This document shows, one piece after another, positions 40,303 to 53,267 of a DNA stretch of 64,000 nt. The notes under the pieces are model-generated. The model was not told the DNA's origin. It saw only the letters and a list, made by a program, of their open reading frames with translations, and searched no databases. Source of the stretch: Nitrospirota bacterium (GTDB taxonomy: Bacteria; Nitrospirota; UBA9217); the NCBI GenBank assembly GCA_963796285.1, contig CAWCKW010000013.1:288001-352000 (forward strand). Reading direction: 5' to 3'. Position 1 is the first letter of the stretch, and each line of letters opens with the position of its first letter. The translations under genes were made by a program, and so were the position numbers.

Positions 40303-41745
40303 TCATTTAGTGCTATCAGCAGCAACCGGCGCGTGTTCTTCGTGTCCTTTTTTGTGGACGTACTCCCATTTTCTCTTGCCGATGAAGTACTGGATGAGCG
40401 CTTCGAACCTCCAGAAAGAATTGATCTGCCGATAGCCGAAATTTTCCAGCACTCCGTAGATGAGAAGTTTGAACAAGTGGCTCCACTTCGGATACCGCTT
40501 GAATGTCAATTCTTCGAGAAAGATACTGGCGGTCGAGAGAAACACTCCATAGAATATCGCCAGCGTCAAGAATAGCAGGAGAAAATCAAGGCTCAGGATC
40601 CCGAGGAAAAAGGAAATAATGACAAAGACATATCCCAGGACTTCGATCACGGGGCCCAGGATCTCGAAAATAACATAGTAGGGCAGGACCGCCATGCCGA
40701 TCTTGCCGAATTGAGGATTGAACATCATCTCTCTATTTTGGAAAATAGTCTGGATCAGGCCGAGGTGCCACCTTCTCCGTTGTCTGCCGAGCATTTTAAA
40801 ATCATCCGGCGCCTCGGTCCAGCAGATAGGATCGGATACAAATCGTATCCGGTACGGTTTTTTCTTTTTCAGCATATGGCGGTGAAGCCGGACGATCATG
40901 TCCATGTCTTCCGCTAAGTTACCCACCATGAATCCCCCCGCCTCCACCACACTGGTTTTTTGAAAGAGCGAAAAGGTCCCGGAAAGAATAAGCAGCGAGC
41001 GCAGGCTGTCCCATCCCACCCTGCCGAAGAGAAACCCCCGGATGTACTCCACGATCTGAAACAGGAGCAGCGTGTTGTCAGGAAGATCGATCTCCTCGAT
41101 CGTGATCTCGTTGGTGAGCCGCAGGCCGTTGATAATGCGCACGACCCCGCCGCTCGCGATCACAGGAACGTTGCTGTCAAGGAGGGGGGTCATGACCCGT
41201 ATGAGGGCGTCTTTTTCAAGCAGCGAATCCGCGTCGAGTGAACAAAAATACGGCGACCGTGAAACATTTATCCCGCAGTTCAGCGCATCGGCCTTGCCGC
41301 CCTGCTCCTTGTCGATCACGAGGAGATGCGGTGTTTCCAGATTATGGTAAAAACCCTTGACGGGTTTCGTCTTGAGAAACGTCCGGTAGACGCGATCGAT
41401 CTTTTTAAGGCCGAACGTGTCGATCACTTTTTGCAGCGTCCCGTCTGTCGACCCGTCGTTGATAATGATCACCTCGAAAAAAGGGTATTCAGTGGCAAGT
41501 GCGGATCTGATGCTCCGGAGAACGACCCTTTCCTCATTATGCATGGCAATCAGGATCGTGACGGGCGGGGTCTCCTGAGAGAGGGTTAATTCTTTGTACG
41601 GGGAATATTTTATACGGCGAAGGTGCCTGAATATAACAAAAAGAGCAAGGGCCAGAAGGACCGAGTAAATCGTGTTCATGACACCGAAGTAAACCCCGAC
41701 GCAGTAATTGAATCCGATGACCGTTATGATGAGTATTTTCTTCAT
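40303..41745 (-). CDS. Processive GT2 glycosyltransferase (PgaC/IcaA-like)
   Basis: NDGSTD, GGKADALN, LDADS, AEDMD, QRRRW, flanking TM helices. Confidence 0.92.
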   Translation of the reverse strand: MKKILIITVIGFNYCVGVYFGVMNTIYSVLLALALFVIFRHLRRIKYSPYKELTLSQETPPVTILIAMHNEERVVLRSIRSALATEYPFFEVIIINDGSTDGTLQKVIDTFGLKKIDRVYRTFLKTKPVKGFYHNLETPHLLVIDKEQGGKADALNCGINVSRSPYFCSLDADSLLEKDALIRVMTPLLDSNVPVIASGGVVRIINGLRLTNEITIEEIDLPDNTLLLFQIVEYIRGFLFGRVGWDSLRSLLILSGTFSLFQKTSVVEAGGFMVGNLAEDMDMIVRLHRHMLKKKKPYRIRFVSDPICWTEAPDDFKMLGRQRRRWHLGLIQTIFQNREMMFNPQFGKIGMAVLPYYVIFEILGPVIEVLGYVFVIISFFLGILSLDFLLLFLTLAIFYGVFLSTASIFLEELTFKRYPKWSHLFKLLIYGVLENFGYRQINSFWRFEALIQYFIGKRKWEYVHKKGHEEHAPVAADSTK

Positions 41746-43004
41746 GCGCCCGATCCCGCTTTCATCATACTGCGGATGAGCTCTTTTACTGTTTCGTCGC
41801 CTTCCTGTTCCAGGTATTCACTGAGCGGCGTTGAAAATCCGAGGGAATGCATGATCTCAAGGACCTGGCGTGACTTATCCTGGAGACCCCGGTCACTGGC
41901 TTTGAGGTTTTTGATGAGTCGGCCGGAGAAATTCGTCTTCTCGATCTCCTCGCAAATGCTGTCTTTCGCATACCCGTCGGCACCCGTCAGTATCTCGAGA
42001 AAAATGTCGAGAGAACGCTCACCGAGAACGGTCAGTGCCTGCGCTGCTTCATTTCGGACCTGCCAGTTATCGTCAAAAATCAGTTTTTCTACTGATGGCG
42101 CGAACGCATCATACCCCAGCGCTCTGATGGACCGTATTGCCTGTAGCCTGACAAACCACACCGGATCCTGAAGCAGGGGAAGGACCAGCTCCGGCAGATT
42201 GTGGACCGCACGGACATTTTCAGTCCGGCCCACCACCTTGAGCGCCTTGCTCCTCACTTCGGCATTCATGCTTGAAAGATACCTGGCGGCCAGGCGGACC
42301 GATCTCGGATCAGCAGGTAATCGGGAAAGAATATCCAGTATGCACGATATGATCCAGAGATTATCCAGTCCCGACTTTTGCTCGACCAGATAGGGGATCG
42401 CGTCCGCGCCAAAATCCTGCAGGGCCATTCCCATGGCCTTGCGCGTCACAATCGACCGGTCAAGGATGACCGGTAATCGCTCGACGATTGCCTGCAATGC
42501 CGCCCGGCCTCCAATTTTACTCAGCGACCGAACGACAACTGAAACGATCTCCGGTTTATTTTCGTCGAGCAGGGCAATGAGTTTTGGAACTGATGATTCG
42601 CTTTTCATCCTGCCAAGCCTGTCGACGCTCAGTGCACGCATCTGGACATTTCCGTAGTCAATGTACTTTTCGTAATACCAAACATAGCCAAGCGTGAAAA
42701 ATAGCGTATGCGCCTCATCCCTGTATCGTTCCTCGTTGATCAGGTGCAGGAGGACGCCCTCGATCGCCTGCCATGCTTCTGAATTCGGGCGCGCGATGAA
42801 CTCGCTCTGCGTGCTCAGCATGGTTCCGGATTCAAGCGACTCACGGATTTTTTTATCGAAGACCTTTCGTAAATGGTCAAGCTTCCGGTATTTCCGTTTT
42901 TTATATACCCTCCGGATGACACTCGTAAGAAACAGGGCAGCAATCAACAGCAGCAGAGCTGCGATCGTCGTTATGATGATTGCTATGATGACCTTATTTT
43001 GCAT
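41742..43004 (-). CDS. Membrane-anchored HEAT-repeat protein
   Basis: N-terminal TM helix; repeats DENKPEIVSVVVRSL, DPVWFVRLQAIRSI, DDNWQVRNEAAQAL; overlaps the GT2 start (ATGA). Confidence 0.85.
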   Translation of the reverse strand: MQNKVIIAIIITTIAALLLLIAALFLTSVIRRVYKKRKYRKLDHLRKVFDKKIRESLESGTMLSTQSEFIARPNSEAWQAIEGVLLHLINEERYRDEAHTLFFTLGYVWYYEKYIDYGNVQMRALSVDRLGRMKSESSVPKLIALLDENKPEIVSVVVRSLSKIGGRAALQAIVERLPVILDRSIVTRKAMGMALQDFGADAIPYLVEQKSGLDNLWIISCILDILSRLPADPRSVRLAARYLSSMNAEVRSKALKVVGRTENVRAVHNLPELVLPLLQDPVWFVRLQAIRSIRALGYDAFAPSVEKLIFDDNWQVRNEAAQALTVLGERSLDIFLEILTGADGYAKDSICEEIEKTNFSGRLIKNLKASDRGLQDKSRQVLEIMHSLGFSTPLSEYLEQEGDETVKELIRSMMKAGSGA

Positions 43005-43066
43005 TATTCACAGTATATTCGGTGTGTGGAATATCGGGTATGGATCCTAAACGCCCGGCAAGAATG

Positions 43067-43771
43067 TCATTGCAGCGCAGGTGTAATCATGCCGTTGTCT
43101 CTAAAGCTGAAATGATCGCAGTCGCCGATGATGATATGATCGAGCACCTGGATGCCGAGCACTTCGCCCGCCTGGACGAGGCGCCGGGTAAGCAGGATGT
43201 CCTCCTGGCTCGGTTTGATATCGCCGCTCGGATGATTGTGGATGAAGATGACTGCCGCTGCCGATTCGCGGACCGCCGCCTTGAAAGTGTCGCGCGGATG
43301 CACGATGGATGCGGACAGGCTGCCGACCGAAATGACCTCTTCGCGGATGATCTTGTTCTTGGTATCCAGCAACGCGCATCGGAAGATCTCTTTCATCAGG
43401 TCCTTCATCCTCGGCCTGTAATACGCGGCAACGTCGCTGCTCGAGCAAAAAGACGCGCCCGCAAGGGAGGGTTTCTGGTGCCGTCTTCCGAGTTCGATGG
43501 CGGCTTTGATCTCCGCTGCCTTGGCCCGGCCGATTCCGTCCACCTCACAGAGTTCCCTGACACCGGCCTGCTCGATGCCGGCAAGGCTGCCAAAGCGCGC
43601 CAGGAGGTCGCGCCCCACGTCTACCGCACTTCGCCCCGCTCTGCCGATCCGAATGATGATCGCAAGGAGCTGAGCTTCCGAGAGCGTTGACGGGCCGTGT
43701 GTTATCAGCCGCTCACGAGGCCGCTCGTCTTCGGGCCAGTTCTTAACGCTCCGGTTCTTTTTTTCGGGCAT
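43067..43771 (-). CDS. radC: RadC (JAB domain) protein
   Basis: WPEDERPRERL, VHPRDTFK, HNHPSGDIKPSQED, LDHIIIG. Confidence 0.95.
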   Translation of the reverse strand: MPEKKNRSVKNWPEDERPRERLITHGPSTLSEAQLLAIIIRIGRAGRSAVDVGRDLLARFGSLAGIEQAGVRELCEVDGIGRAKAAEIKAAIELGRRHQKPSLAGASFCSSSDVAAYYRPRMKDLMKEIFRCALLDTKNKIIREEVISVGSLSASIVHPRDTFKAAVRESAAAVIFIHNHPSGDIKPSQEDILLTRRLVQAGEVLGIQVLDHIIIGDCDHFSFRDNGMITPALQ

Positions 43772-43846
43772 GCAGCCTCACTGAATCATCGGTGAAACGT
43801 TCTCTGTGCGGTAAATTATAGAATGGACGCTGGCGCCTGTCAAATG

Positions 43847-43882
43847 AAAAAGGCGGCCCTGTTCAAGCCATGGCCGCCTTTT
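43847..43882 (-). terminator. Intrinsic terminator after rubredoxin
   Basis: AAAAAGGCGGCC ... GGCCGCCTTTT. Confidence 0.7.
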
Positions 43883-43901
43883 CCCGGAACCTGATGCCGA
43901 C

Positions 43902-44030
43902 TTACATCTTTACAAATGCATCCTTCGGCGCATTGCATACCGGGCAAGCCCAGTCATCAGGAAGGTCTTCAAACTTTTTTCCCTCTTTCGCTTCATCATA
44001 AATATAACCACATACCGTGCATCTCCACAT
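43902..44030 (-). CDS. Rubredoxin (42 aa; below the ORF-track cutoff)
   Basis: Manual translation [42 protein letters not shown]; AGGAGG RBS. Confidence 0.95.
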   Translation of the reverse strand: MWRCTVCGYIYDEAKEGKKFEDLPDDWACPVCNAPKDAFVKM

Positions 44031-44070
44031 GATAACCTCCTTAAGGCATCGTTATTTTATCGCGAGGTGC

Positions 44071-45327
44071 TTATTCAGGGCTTGATGGCCTGCATTTCAT
44101 GGGCTGACTGCCGTTGAATTGTTTGTGGTACACAATAGTTTTTTCCGCAAACTGTTTCCCGAATTCAAAACACTTCTTCTCGTCCTCGGGAGCCGGTCGA
44201 TACAGGACCTCAACGCCGGGTTCAACCGCCTCCAACCCCATCCTTTTGAACTCGGCATAGGCCTCTTTGACCGCGCCGCCGCCCCATCCAAAGCTCCCAA
44301 AGGCCCCGGCCAGACGGTTCTTGGGCCGGAGTCCCCTGAGGTGCGTCAGGAACTCGGCAACGCTCGGAAACATGATATTGTTCAGCGTCGGCGTGCCTAC
44401 CAGCATGGCGCGTGACTCCCAGACCCTCTTGATCGCAATGCTCATGGGGGTGGACCGGAGCTTGAGCACTTCCACGTCGATGCCCGTGGACTTGATCCCC
44501 TCCATGATCGGGATCGTCATATGTTCGGTGCTGTGCCACATGGTGTCGTAGATGATCACGACGCGCAGGTCCGCCTTGTCGTTCGCCATGTCGAGATACA
44601 TCTGGAGTATCTTCGCCGGGTCTTTCCTCCAAATGATGCCGTGGTCAGGCGCGATCATATCGATTTCGAGTCCCAGCTTCCGGACCTCAGCGAGCTTGTT
44701 CTTCACGAGGGTGCCGAACGGCATCAGGATGTTCGCATAATAGTCCCGCACCGCGTGCTCCAGCGCGGTGACCGAATACTGGTCGCAGTATTCATCGTCG
44801 AACCTCGCGGATGTGGCCAGGTGCTGGCCAAAGGCATCCTGACTGATCAGAAGCTTATCTTCCTTCACATAGCTCATCATCGAATCCGGCCAGTGAAGCA
44901 TCGGCGTTTCGAGGAAGGTAATGGTCTTGGAGCCCGTGTTGAGCGTGTCCCCGGTCTTGACGATCCTGAACCGCCATTTCGAGGTGTCGAAGAACCGGTC
45001 GAGTCCTTTTTTACCGCGCGCGGTGATATGGATCAGGGCCTGAGGCGTGAGTTCCATGATCCGGTCGATGCTCGACATATGGTCGTTCTCGATGTGGTTG
45101 ATCACCACGTTCTCGATCTTCGCGGGGTCAACAAGGCCCTTGATACTGTCGACCGTATATTCGCAGAAATCATGCTTTACCGTATCGACAAGCGTCACGT
45201 GCTCGTCGAGGATGAGATAGTTATTGTATGATGTGCCGTGAGGCGTTACATATCCGTGAAAATCGCGCACCGCCCAGTCTATTGCTCCGACCCAGAAGAT
45301 GCCGGGTTTTATCTTTACTGCGCCCAT
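44071..45327 (-). CDS. fprA: Flavodiiron protein (FprA, A-type flavoprotein)
   Basis: GTSYNNY, NHIENDH, LHWPDSM, QDAFGQH, PDHG, flavodoxin-like FGSFGWGG. Confidence 0.93.
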   Translation of the reverse strand: MGAVKIKPGIFWVGAIDWAVRDFHGYVTPHGTSYNNYLILDEHVTLVDTVKHDFCEYTVDSIKGLVDPAKIENVVINHIENDHMSSIDRIMELTPQALIHITARGKKGLDRFFDTSKWRFRIVKTGDTLNTGSKTITFLETPMLHWPDSMMSYVKEDKLLISQDAFGQHLATSARFDDEYCDQYSVTALEHAVRDYYANILMPFGTLVKNKLAEVRKLGLEIDMIAPDHGIIWRKDPAKILQMYLDMANDKADLRVVIIYDTMWHSTEHMTIPIMEGIKSTGIDVEVLKLRSTPMSIAIKRVWESRAMLVGTPTLNNIMFPSVAEFLTHLRGLRPKNRLAGAFGSFGWGGGAVKEAYAEFKRMGLEAVEPGVEVLYRPAPEDEKKCFEFGKQFAEKTIVYHKQFNGSQPMKCRPSSPE

Positions 45328-45384
45328 GAAAACCTCCTCGTAAAGTATATCATGCCAGTCGGGAAAAATCGTTTTCGGAAGAGT

Positions 45385-45810
45385 TTATCCAGACTTCCCC
45401 TTCGTTTTGCATCGGGAACAGTGGCCGTAAAACGAAATATGGTTTCCCAGAAGAGTATAATCCCGCGCCATATCTCCCGGCAGGTCGACGGCGATCCCCG
45501 CGGGGATGTCCACGATCTTACGACACAGGACACACATGAGATGGTGATGGCTGCTGGTGTCCGGATCGTAGCGCTTTCTCTCGGGATCAATGGTGAGTTC
45601 GCGCAGGGCGCCCGCCTGGGCAAGCGTATTCAGTGTATTATATACTGTCGCGACCGACAGGGACCGGTACTGTATCGACACGGCCCGATAGATCTCCTCC
45701 GCCGAGGGGTGGGAGGTGTTCCCCTCCAGGTAGTCGAGGATCGCGAGCCGTTGCGGGGTGCGCTTGAACCGGGTCCCCAACTCCCTTTTCTGAAAATATT
45801 TTGTGCGCAT
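45385..45810 (-). CDS. perR: Fur-family regulator, PerR-like
   Basis: TPQRLAIL, HPSAEEIY, SVATVYNTL, HHHLMCVLC, GHCSRC; upstream of fprA/rubredoxin. Confidence 0.85.
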   Translation of the reverse strand: MRTKYFQKRELGTRFKRTPQRLAILDYLEGNTSHPSAEEIYRAVSIQYRSLSVATVYNTLNTLAQAGALRELTIDPERKRYDPDTSSHHHLMCVLCRKIVDIPAGIAVDLPGDMARDYTLLGNHISFYGHCSRCKTKGKSG

Positions 45811-45815
45811 ATTAT

Positions 45816-45852
45816 TTAGAATCAATATAAATTATGAGCAGGGAGCTGTCAA
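45816..45852 (-). promoter_or_regulatory. Sigma70 promoter overlapped by a Per-box-like operator
   Basis: TTGACA-17 nt-TATATT on the minus strand. TTAGAATCAATATAA (45816-45830) differs at 2 positions from the Bacillus Per box TTATAATNATTATAA. Confidence 0.6.
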
Positions 45853-45922
45853 GGTTTATTCCGGTCCTCTTCTGCCTGCAAACGTCAGCCAGGCCGGACA
45901 CGGCAATCCGTTCCCTCCAATG

Positions 45923-45952
45923 AAAAAAAGGCAGCCCGGAGGCTGCCTTTTT
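45923..45952 (-). terminator. atp operon terminator
   Basis: AAAAAAAGGCAGCC-cgga-GGCTGCCTTTTT. Confidence 0.85.
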
Positions 45953-45979
45953 GAAATAAGCTGCAAGAGCACATAGGTA

Positions 45980-46405
45980 TTATTTCTGTCCGTGCTGCTC
46001 CGCCACCTGTATCCTGATCATTGCCCGGAGCAGATCGATGCGGGCCTTGTCGTAGTCCTTCTGCTCCAGTTTGTCGCTCAGCGCTTTCTCGGCGCGTTCT
46101 TTGATGATCCGTTCCTCGGTGAGGTCGATATCGGACGCGCGGTCCGCGCCTTCAGCGAGTATGGTGACATGGTCCGCAACGACTTCCGCATACCCCCAAT
46201 CTACGGCAAGGTAGTGCCACTGCGTGCCCTCGCGATAAGAGAGCATGCCGACTTTAAGCGTGGTGAGAAAGGATGTGTGGCCCGGCAGCACGCCGAACTC
46301 GCCTTCACTGCCCGGAGCTATAATTTCATCCACGCGCTCCGAGCGGACCACCTGACGGCTGGGCGCAACGATCTCAAGGAGCATTTTCCCTTTTTCTGCA
46401 ACCAT
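45980..46405 (-). CDS. atpC: ATP synthase epsilon subunit
   Basis: LEIVAP, PGSEGEFGVLPGHT, GYAEV. Confidence 0.95.
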   Translation of the reverse strand: MVAEKGKMLLEIVAPSRQVVRSERVDEIIAPGSEGEFGVLPGHTSFLTTLKVGMLSYREGTQWHYLAVDWGYAEVVADHVTILAEGADRASDIDLTEERIIKERAEKALSDKLEQKDYDKARIDLLRAMIRIQVAEQHGQK

Positions 46406-46467
46406 TGTCTTTTTCCGATCCTCGTTACTCAATTTCGTTCAAATGGACGATATTGGTTCCGTGCTGG

Positions 46468-48010
<1,543 letters not shown>

Positions 48011-48877
48011 TTATTTCTGTGCTTCCGCGCCTCCGACGATCTCGGATATTTCCTTGGTGATCGCGGCCTGGCGCTGCTTGTTGAACTTGAGCGTAAGCCG
48101 TTCGATCATGTCCTTCGCATTCCGCGTGGCCGAATCCATGGCGGTCATGCGCGAGCCCATTTCACTCGCCTGGCTTTCAAGCATCGCACGGTATACCTGC
48201 ACCTCAACGTGCTTCTGCAGGATCGAGCTTAAGATAGCTTCGGCCGACGGCTCGTACAGATAATCGACAGCGGCCGTGAACGGGTCCGCCTCGGCAGGCG
48301 GTTCCACGGGCAGGAGCTTCTCGAGGGTGACCTTCTGCTGCATCACGCTCTTGAACTCGTTGTAGAGCAGGTACACTTCATCGGTCTCGCCCGCTGCAAA
48401 ACGCTCGACGATGTTTTTTCCCACATCGGCGGCCTTCTCATAGTCGATCATGCCGAGTTCCGACCACACTTTGCCCAGGGTATACACGGAACGCTTGCGG
48501 AAGAAGTCGCGTCCTTTGCGGCCCACGACATTCACCTTCACTTCCTTGCCCTCGGCCTTTAACTGCTTGACCGTCTCGACGGCTTTGCGCAATATATTGG
48601 TATTGTAGGCGCCGCAGAGCCCCCGGTCGGACGTAAGCACAAGAAGCTTGACCTGCTTCGGCTCGCGCTTGGCCAGAAGCGGATGCTGCGCCCGCTCAAC
48701 GCGGCTCGCGAGGTTCGCGATCACGGCCAGCATCTTGCGCGAATACGGACGAGCGGCGATCACGCGGTCCTGCGCGCGACGGAGCTTGGCAGCCGCGACC
48801 ATCTTCATGGCCTTGGTGATCTGCTGGGTCTTCTTGACGCTCGTTATTTTTCTTTTAATGTCTCTTAAGCTGGGCAT
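48011..48877 (-). CDS. atpG: ATP synthase gamma subunit
   Basis: QITKAMKMVAAAKL, DRGLCGAYN, RQAAITKEISEIVGGA. Confidence 0.98.
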   Translation of the reverse strand: MPSLRDIKRKITSVKKTQQITKAMKMVAAAKLRRAQDRVIAARPYSRKMLAVIANLASRVERAQHPLLAKREPKQVKLLVLTSDRGLCGAYNTNILRKAVETVKQLKAEGKEVKVNVVGRKGRDFFRKRSVYTLGKVWSELGMIDYEKAADVGKNIVERFAAGETDEVYLLYNEFKSVMQQKVTLEKLLPVEPPAEADPFTAAVDYLYEPSAEAILSSILQKHVEVQVYRAMLESQASEMGSRMTAMDSATRNAKDMIERLTLKFNKQRQAAITKEISEIVGGAEAQK

Positions 48878-48887
48878 CAGTACCTAC

Positions 48888-49003
48888 TTTGAGTTTCAAG
48901 TTTCAAGTCTCAGGTTTCAAGTCTCAGGTATTCAAGTTTCAGAGTCTGCAAGTTTCAACTCTCAGCTTTGAACGTGAGACTTGAGACTATAAACTTGAGA
49001 CTA
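48888..49003. repeat. AGT(T/C)TCA heptamer palindromic array between atpA and atpG
   Basis: AGTTTCA AGTTTCA AGTCTCA GGTTTCA AGTCTCA ... TGAGACT TGAGACT ATAAACT TGAGACT. Confidence 0.85.
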
Positions 49004-50527
<1,524 letters not shown>

Positions 50528-50602
50528 TCAGATGACAGAGGACAGAGGACAGACAAAAGTTTCGGGCTCTTCTGACTTCTGTCTTCTGACTTCTGTGTTC
50601 TG
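50528..50602. repeat. CAGAGGA heptamer palindromic array between atpH and atpA
   Basis: CAGATGA CAGAGGA CAGAGGA CAGA ... TCTGACT TCTGTCT TCTGACT TCTGTGT TCTG. Confidence 0.85.
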
Positions 50603-50607
50603 GCTTA

Positions 50608-51144
50608 TTAGTTCATCAATTGACTGCGCATCTTGGCGAGCTGGTTCTTGATCGTCCCATCGTAGACCGTGCTTCCGATCTGTGCCTTGGCCCCGCCGAT
50701 CAGGGACGCATCCACCTGTGCATCGACGTCAACCTGCTTGCCGGTGAGCGCCTCAAGCTTCTTCTTAATGTCCGCAAGGTCGGCCGGGCTGATGGCCGCC
50801 GCGGTCGTCAACCGTGCCATTGCGCGATTCGTGCGCTCCGCCAGGATCTCCAGGAACGCCTCATACACGTCCTTGATATACCTGATCCTGCCCGTTTCAG
50901 CCAAATGCTCCACAAACCGCTGCGTGGTCGGCTGCATGCCGAGCTTGCCCGCAAGTTCCTTGATGACCGCCTTCTTATTCTCGGGGGTGAACACAGGGCT
51001 TGCCAAAAGCTTCTGCAGGGCCGGCAGGGAATCCACCGCTCCGACAAACGCGGCAAGGTCGGCCCTGGCCTTGTCAACGGTCTTCTTTTCCTCGGCAAGC
51101 TGCACGAGGGCCTTTGCGTATCTTTTTGCGATGATCCGAATCAA
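50608..51144 (-). CDS. atpH: ATP synthase delta subunit
   Basis: IAKRYAKAL, VDASLIGG, STVYDGTIKNQL. Confidence 0.95.
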   Translation of the reverse strand: MIRIIAKRYAKALVQLAEEKKTVDKARADLAAFVGAVDSLPALQKLLASPVFTPENKKAVIKELAGKLGMQPTTQRFVEHLAETGRIRYIKDVYEAFLEILAERTNRAMARLTTAAAISPADLADIKKKLEALTGKQVDVDAQVDASLIGGAKAQIGSTVYDGTIKNQLAKMRSQLMN

Positions 51145-51730
51145 GCCCGGCCTCCCACTTTGGAAATATATTCCTTCACAATGCGCTCATGGTCCTGATT
51201 GCTGATCTTCGCTTTAATGTTGCCTTCCGCAAGTTCGAGGGAAAGGAGCGATGCCTCGGTTGCGAGCGCGGACTTGGCCTTCTGAAGCTCGAGCTCGATG
51301 CCCTGCTTCACCTGGGCCTGAACGTCCTGGGCAACCTTCCGGCCTTCTTCAATGAGGGCCTGCTTGTCCTTCTCAGCCGCGGGCCTGGGCGTCGGCGACC
51401 ATGCCCTTCGTCTCCGCCTCCATCTCCGGATCTTCCGTTCCATTTCCGCCAGGGCGGCCACGGCGCGCTCCCGGGTTTCCTTGGAATCCTGCAGGGCTTT
51501 TGCGATCTCGGCGGACCGGTTTGCAAAGAAATCACGGACGGGCTTTCTCCGAAATAAACGACAACCGACGCGATGATGGCAAAATTGACCAGCCGCGGCA
51601 GCCAGTCTCCCATGAAGGTCATCGCTCTTCATGGCCGCCTTCCGCGGCTTCTTCGGCGAACGCGATCGCCGCGAACACAAGCGTTCCCGCCAGGCAGAAT
51701 ACTGCGATAGATTTTTTTCAGGCTATTCAT
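51141..51730 (-). CDS. atpF: ATP synthase subunit b (about four indels in this sequence)
   Basis: Segments across frames: MNSLKKSIAVF...AEGGHE / MTFMGDWLPRLVNFAII / RKPVRDFFANRSAEIAKAL / MEAETKGMVADAQAR / EKDKQALIEEG...DHERIVKEYISKVGG; position between b' and delta. Confidence 0.85.
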
Positions 51731-51766
51731 GATTTTTTTTATCTCAACTTCGCTCCTTCATCGCTT

Positions 51767-52192
51767 CTACACCGCCCTTCCGAGCAGCTTGGAGGTAATT
51801 TCCTGCGACAGCCGCTCCGCCTCTTGCCTGAGGTCGGCGCGGGCGGCCGCGGACGCCGCCGCGATCTCTTTCCGCGCCTTGTCCAGCAATTCGGTCGCCT
51901 TGTCGCGCTCCGCGGAGATCATGTCACGCTGGGCGTCGAGGCCCTGCTGATAAACAGTGTTGTAGGTTGTTGCGGCCTTTTGCTTTGCCTCGGCCAGAGA
52001 TGCATTGTACCGCTCCAGGATGGCCTGCATGTGCTCCTGCGCGGCCTTGGCATCGCCCAGTGCGGAACTGATTCCCTGCTCACGCTCCAGCATGATCTGC
52101 CGGATGGGCTTAAAGAGGATGAAATTAAGCACGATAAGCAGCACGAGGAAGTTGGCGAGCTGCCAAAGGAGTGTGATGTTAATGTCTATCAT
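51767..52192 (-). CDS. ATP synthase subunit b'
   Basis: TLLWQLANFLVLLIVLNFILFKPI followed by an Ala/Glu-rich coiled coil. Confidence 0.9.
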   Translation of the reverse strand: MIDINITLLWQLANFLVLLIVLNFILFKPIRQIMLEREQGISSALGDAKAAQEHMQAILERYNASLAEAKQKAATTYNTVYQQGLDAQRDMISAERDKATELLDKARKEIAAASAAARADLRQEAERLSQEITSKLLGRAV

Positions 52193-52526
52193 AAGTGCGA
52201 GCGCCTCTTCTGTTCAGCAGAGAAAGGGAAATTAACGTTCTGAAGTCTAAAAAAATTATCACAACGTCCCACACTTGTCAAGAATTTTGCCTATTAATAA
52301 TATAAATGAGCGCCGGGTTTTTGGTTATAGAAAAAATTGCAGTGCACGCGGGAAGAACGTGGAGCTCTCGGCCGGCAGCGGGAAAACGGATGACGAAGCG
52401 GTGCCGAGAAGACTGCTCACAGCACCGGGTACAGGAGGTCCCGTGTCTCGTTGGCCTTCCTTGATAAATTCCGGGACAGACCGTCAACCACAAAGAAACA
52501 TTTTTTCATACTCGTCGCGAACGCAG

Positions 52527-53168
52527 TTACACCTGCGGCTTCATCTTCAGCGCCAGCGCGATGATCGTGTCCGCAGCCGGCTCAAACCCCGTTGCCTGGG
52601 CATCCAGGCAGAGGTGGTAGTTCCTGGCATCGTACCAGTCCTTCTCCGTCCTGGTCCGGAGATATTCCTCCCGACGATGGTCGGATTCGTCTATTTCTGC
52701 GAGCGCCTGTTCTGCAGAAAGCGAATGGAATTTTTTCAGTCGCGCGATCCGAAAATCCTTCGGAGCATGGATATATACGTTGAATACATGCGGCCGTCCG
52801 CGCAACACGCTGAAGCCTGCATGACCTACGATCACCGCATCATGGCTTTCAGCGATCTGTCGGATAATGCGGCACTCGGTATTGAACAGTTCCTCATCAT
52901 ACACAGGCCTCCGGGACGGCGGGACATAGAGCGTTTCCGGAGTGCCGACGACAAAGCTCTTTATTATGCTCTCGATAAATCCGCTCTTCTTTTCGTCCTG
53001 GCTCGAGATCTCCTTGATGTCGACGCCAAGGTCCCGTGCCGCGATATAGAGCACTTCCCGCTCAATGTATCGGCAGCCGAGCTTTCTGGCGACAAGGTGA
53101 CCGATATACGCGCCGCCGCTCGCCAACTGCCTGGAAATAGTGATCACTGTTTTTTGATCATTCGTCAT
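52527..53168 (-). CDS. Cytidylate kinase-like family protein
   Basis: VITISRQLASGG, VIVGHAGF, VYIHAP, YHLCLD. Confidence 0.88.
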   Translation of the reverse strand: MTNDQKTVITISRQLASGGAYIGHLVARKLGCRYIEREVLYIAARDLGVDIKEISSQDEKKSGFIESIIKSFVVGTPETLYVPPSRRPVYDEELFNTECRIIRQIAESHDAVIVGHAGFSVLRGRPHVFNVYIHAPKDFRIARLKKFHSLSAEQALAEIDESDHRREEYLRTRTEKDWYDARNYHLCLDAQATGFEPAADTIIALALKMKPQV

Positions 53169-53267
53169 GTGTGCCTCCCTTTACGCAAACCCGACAAGCC
53201 ATACTTCCCTCCGCAACGTTTGCGAGAGACAGCCTTTAGTTTTTTGCTTTTCTCTGCGACTCTCTTG

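Noticed and set aside
43067-43771. radC as a marker of an integrated element
   Set aside because: It is the full-length chromosomal type, with no integrase or att sites nearby.
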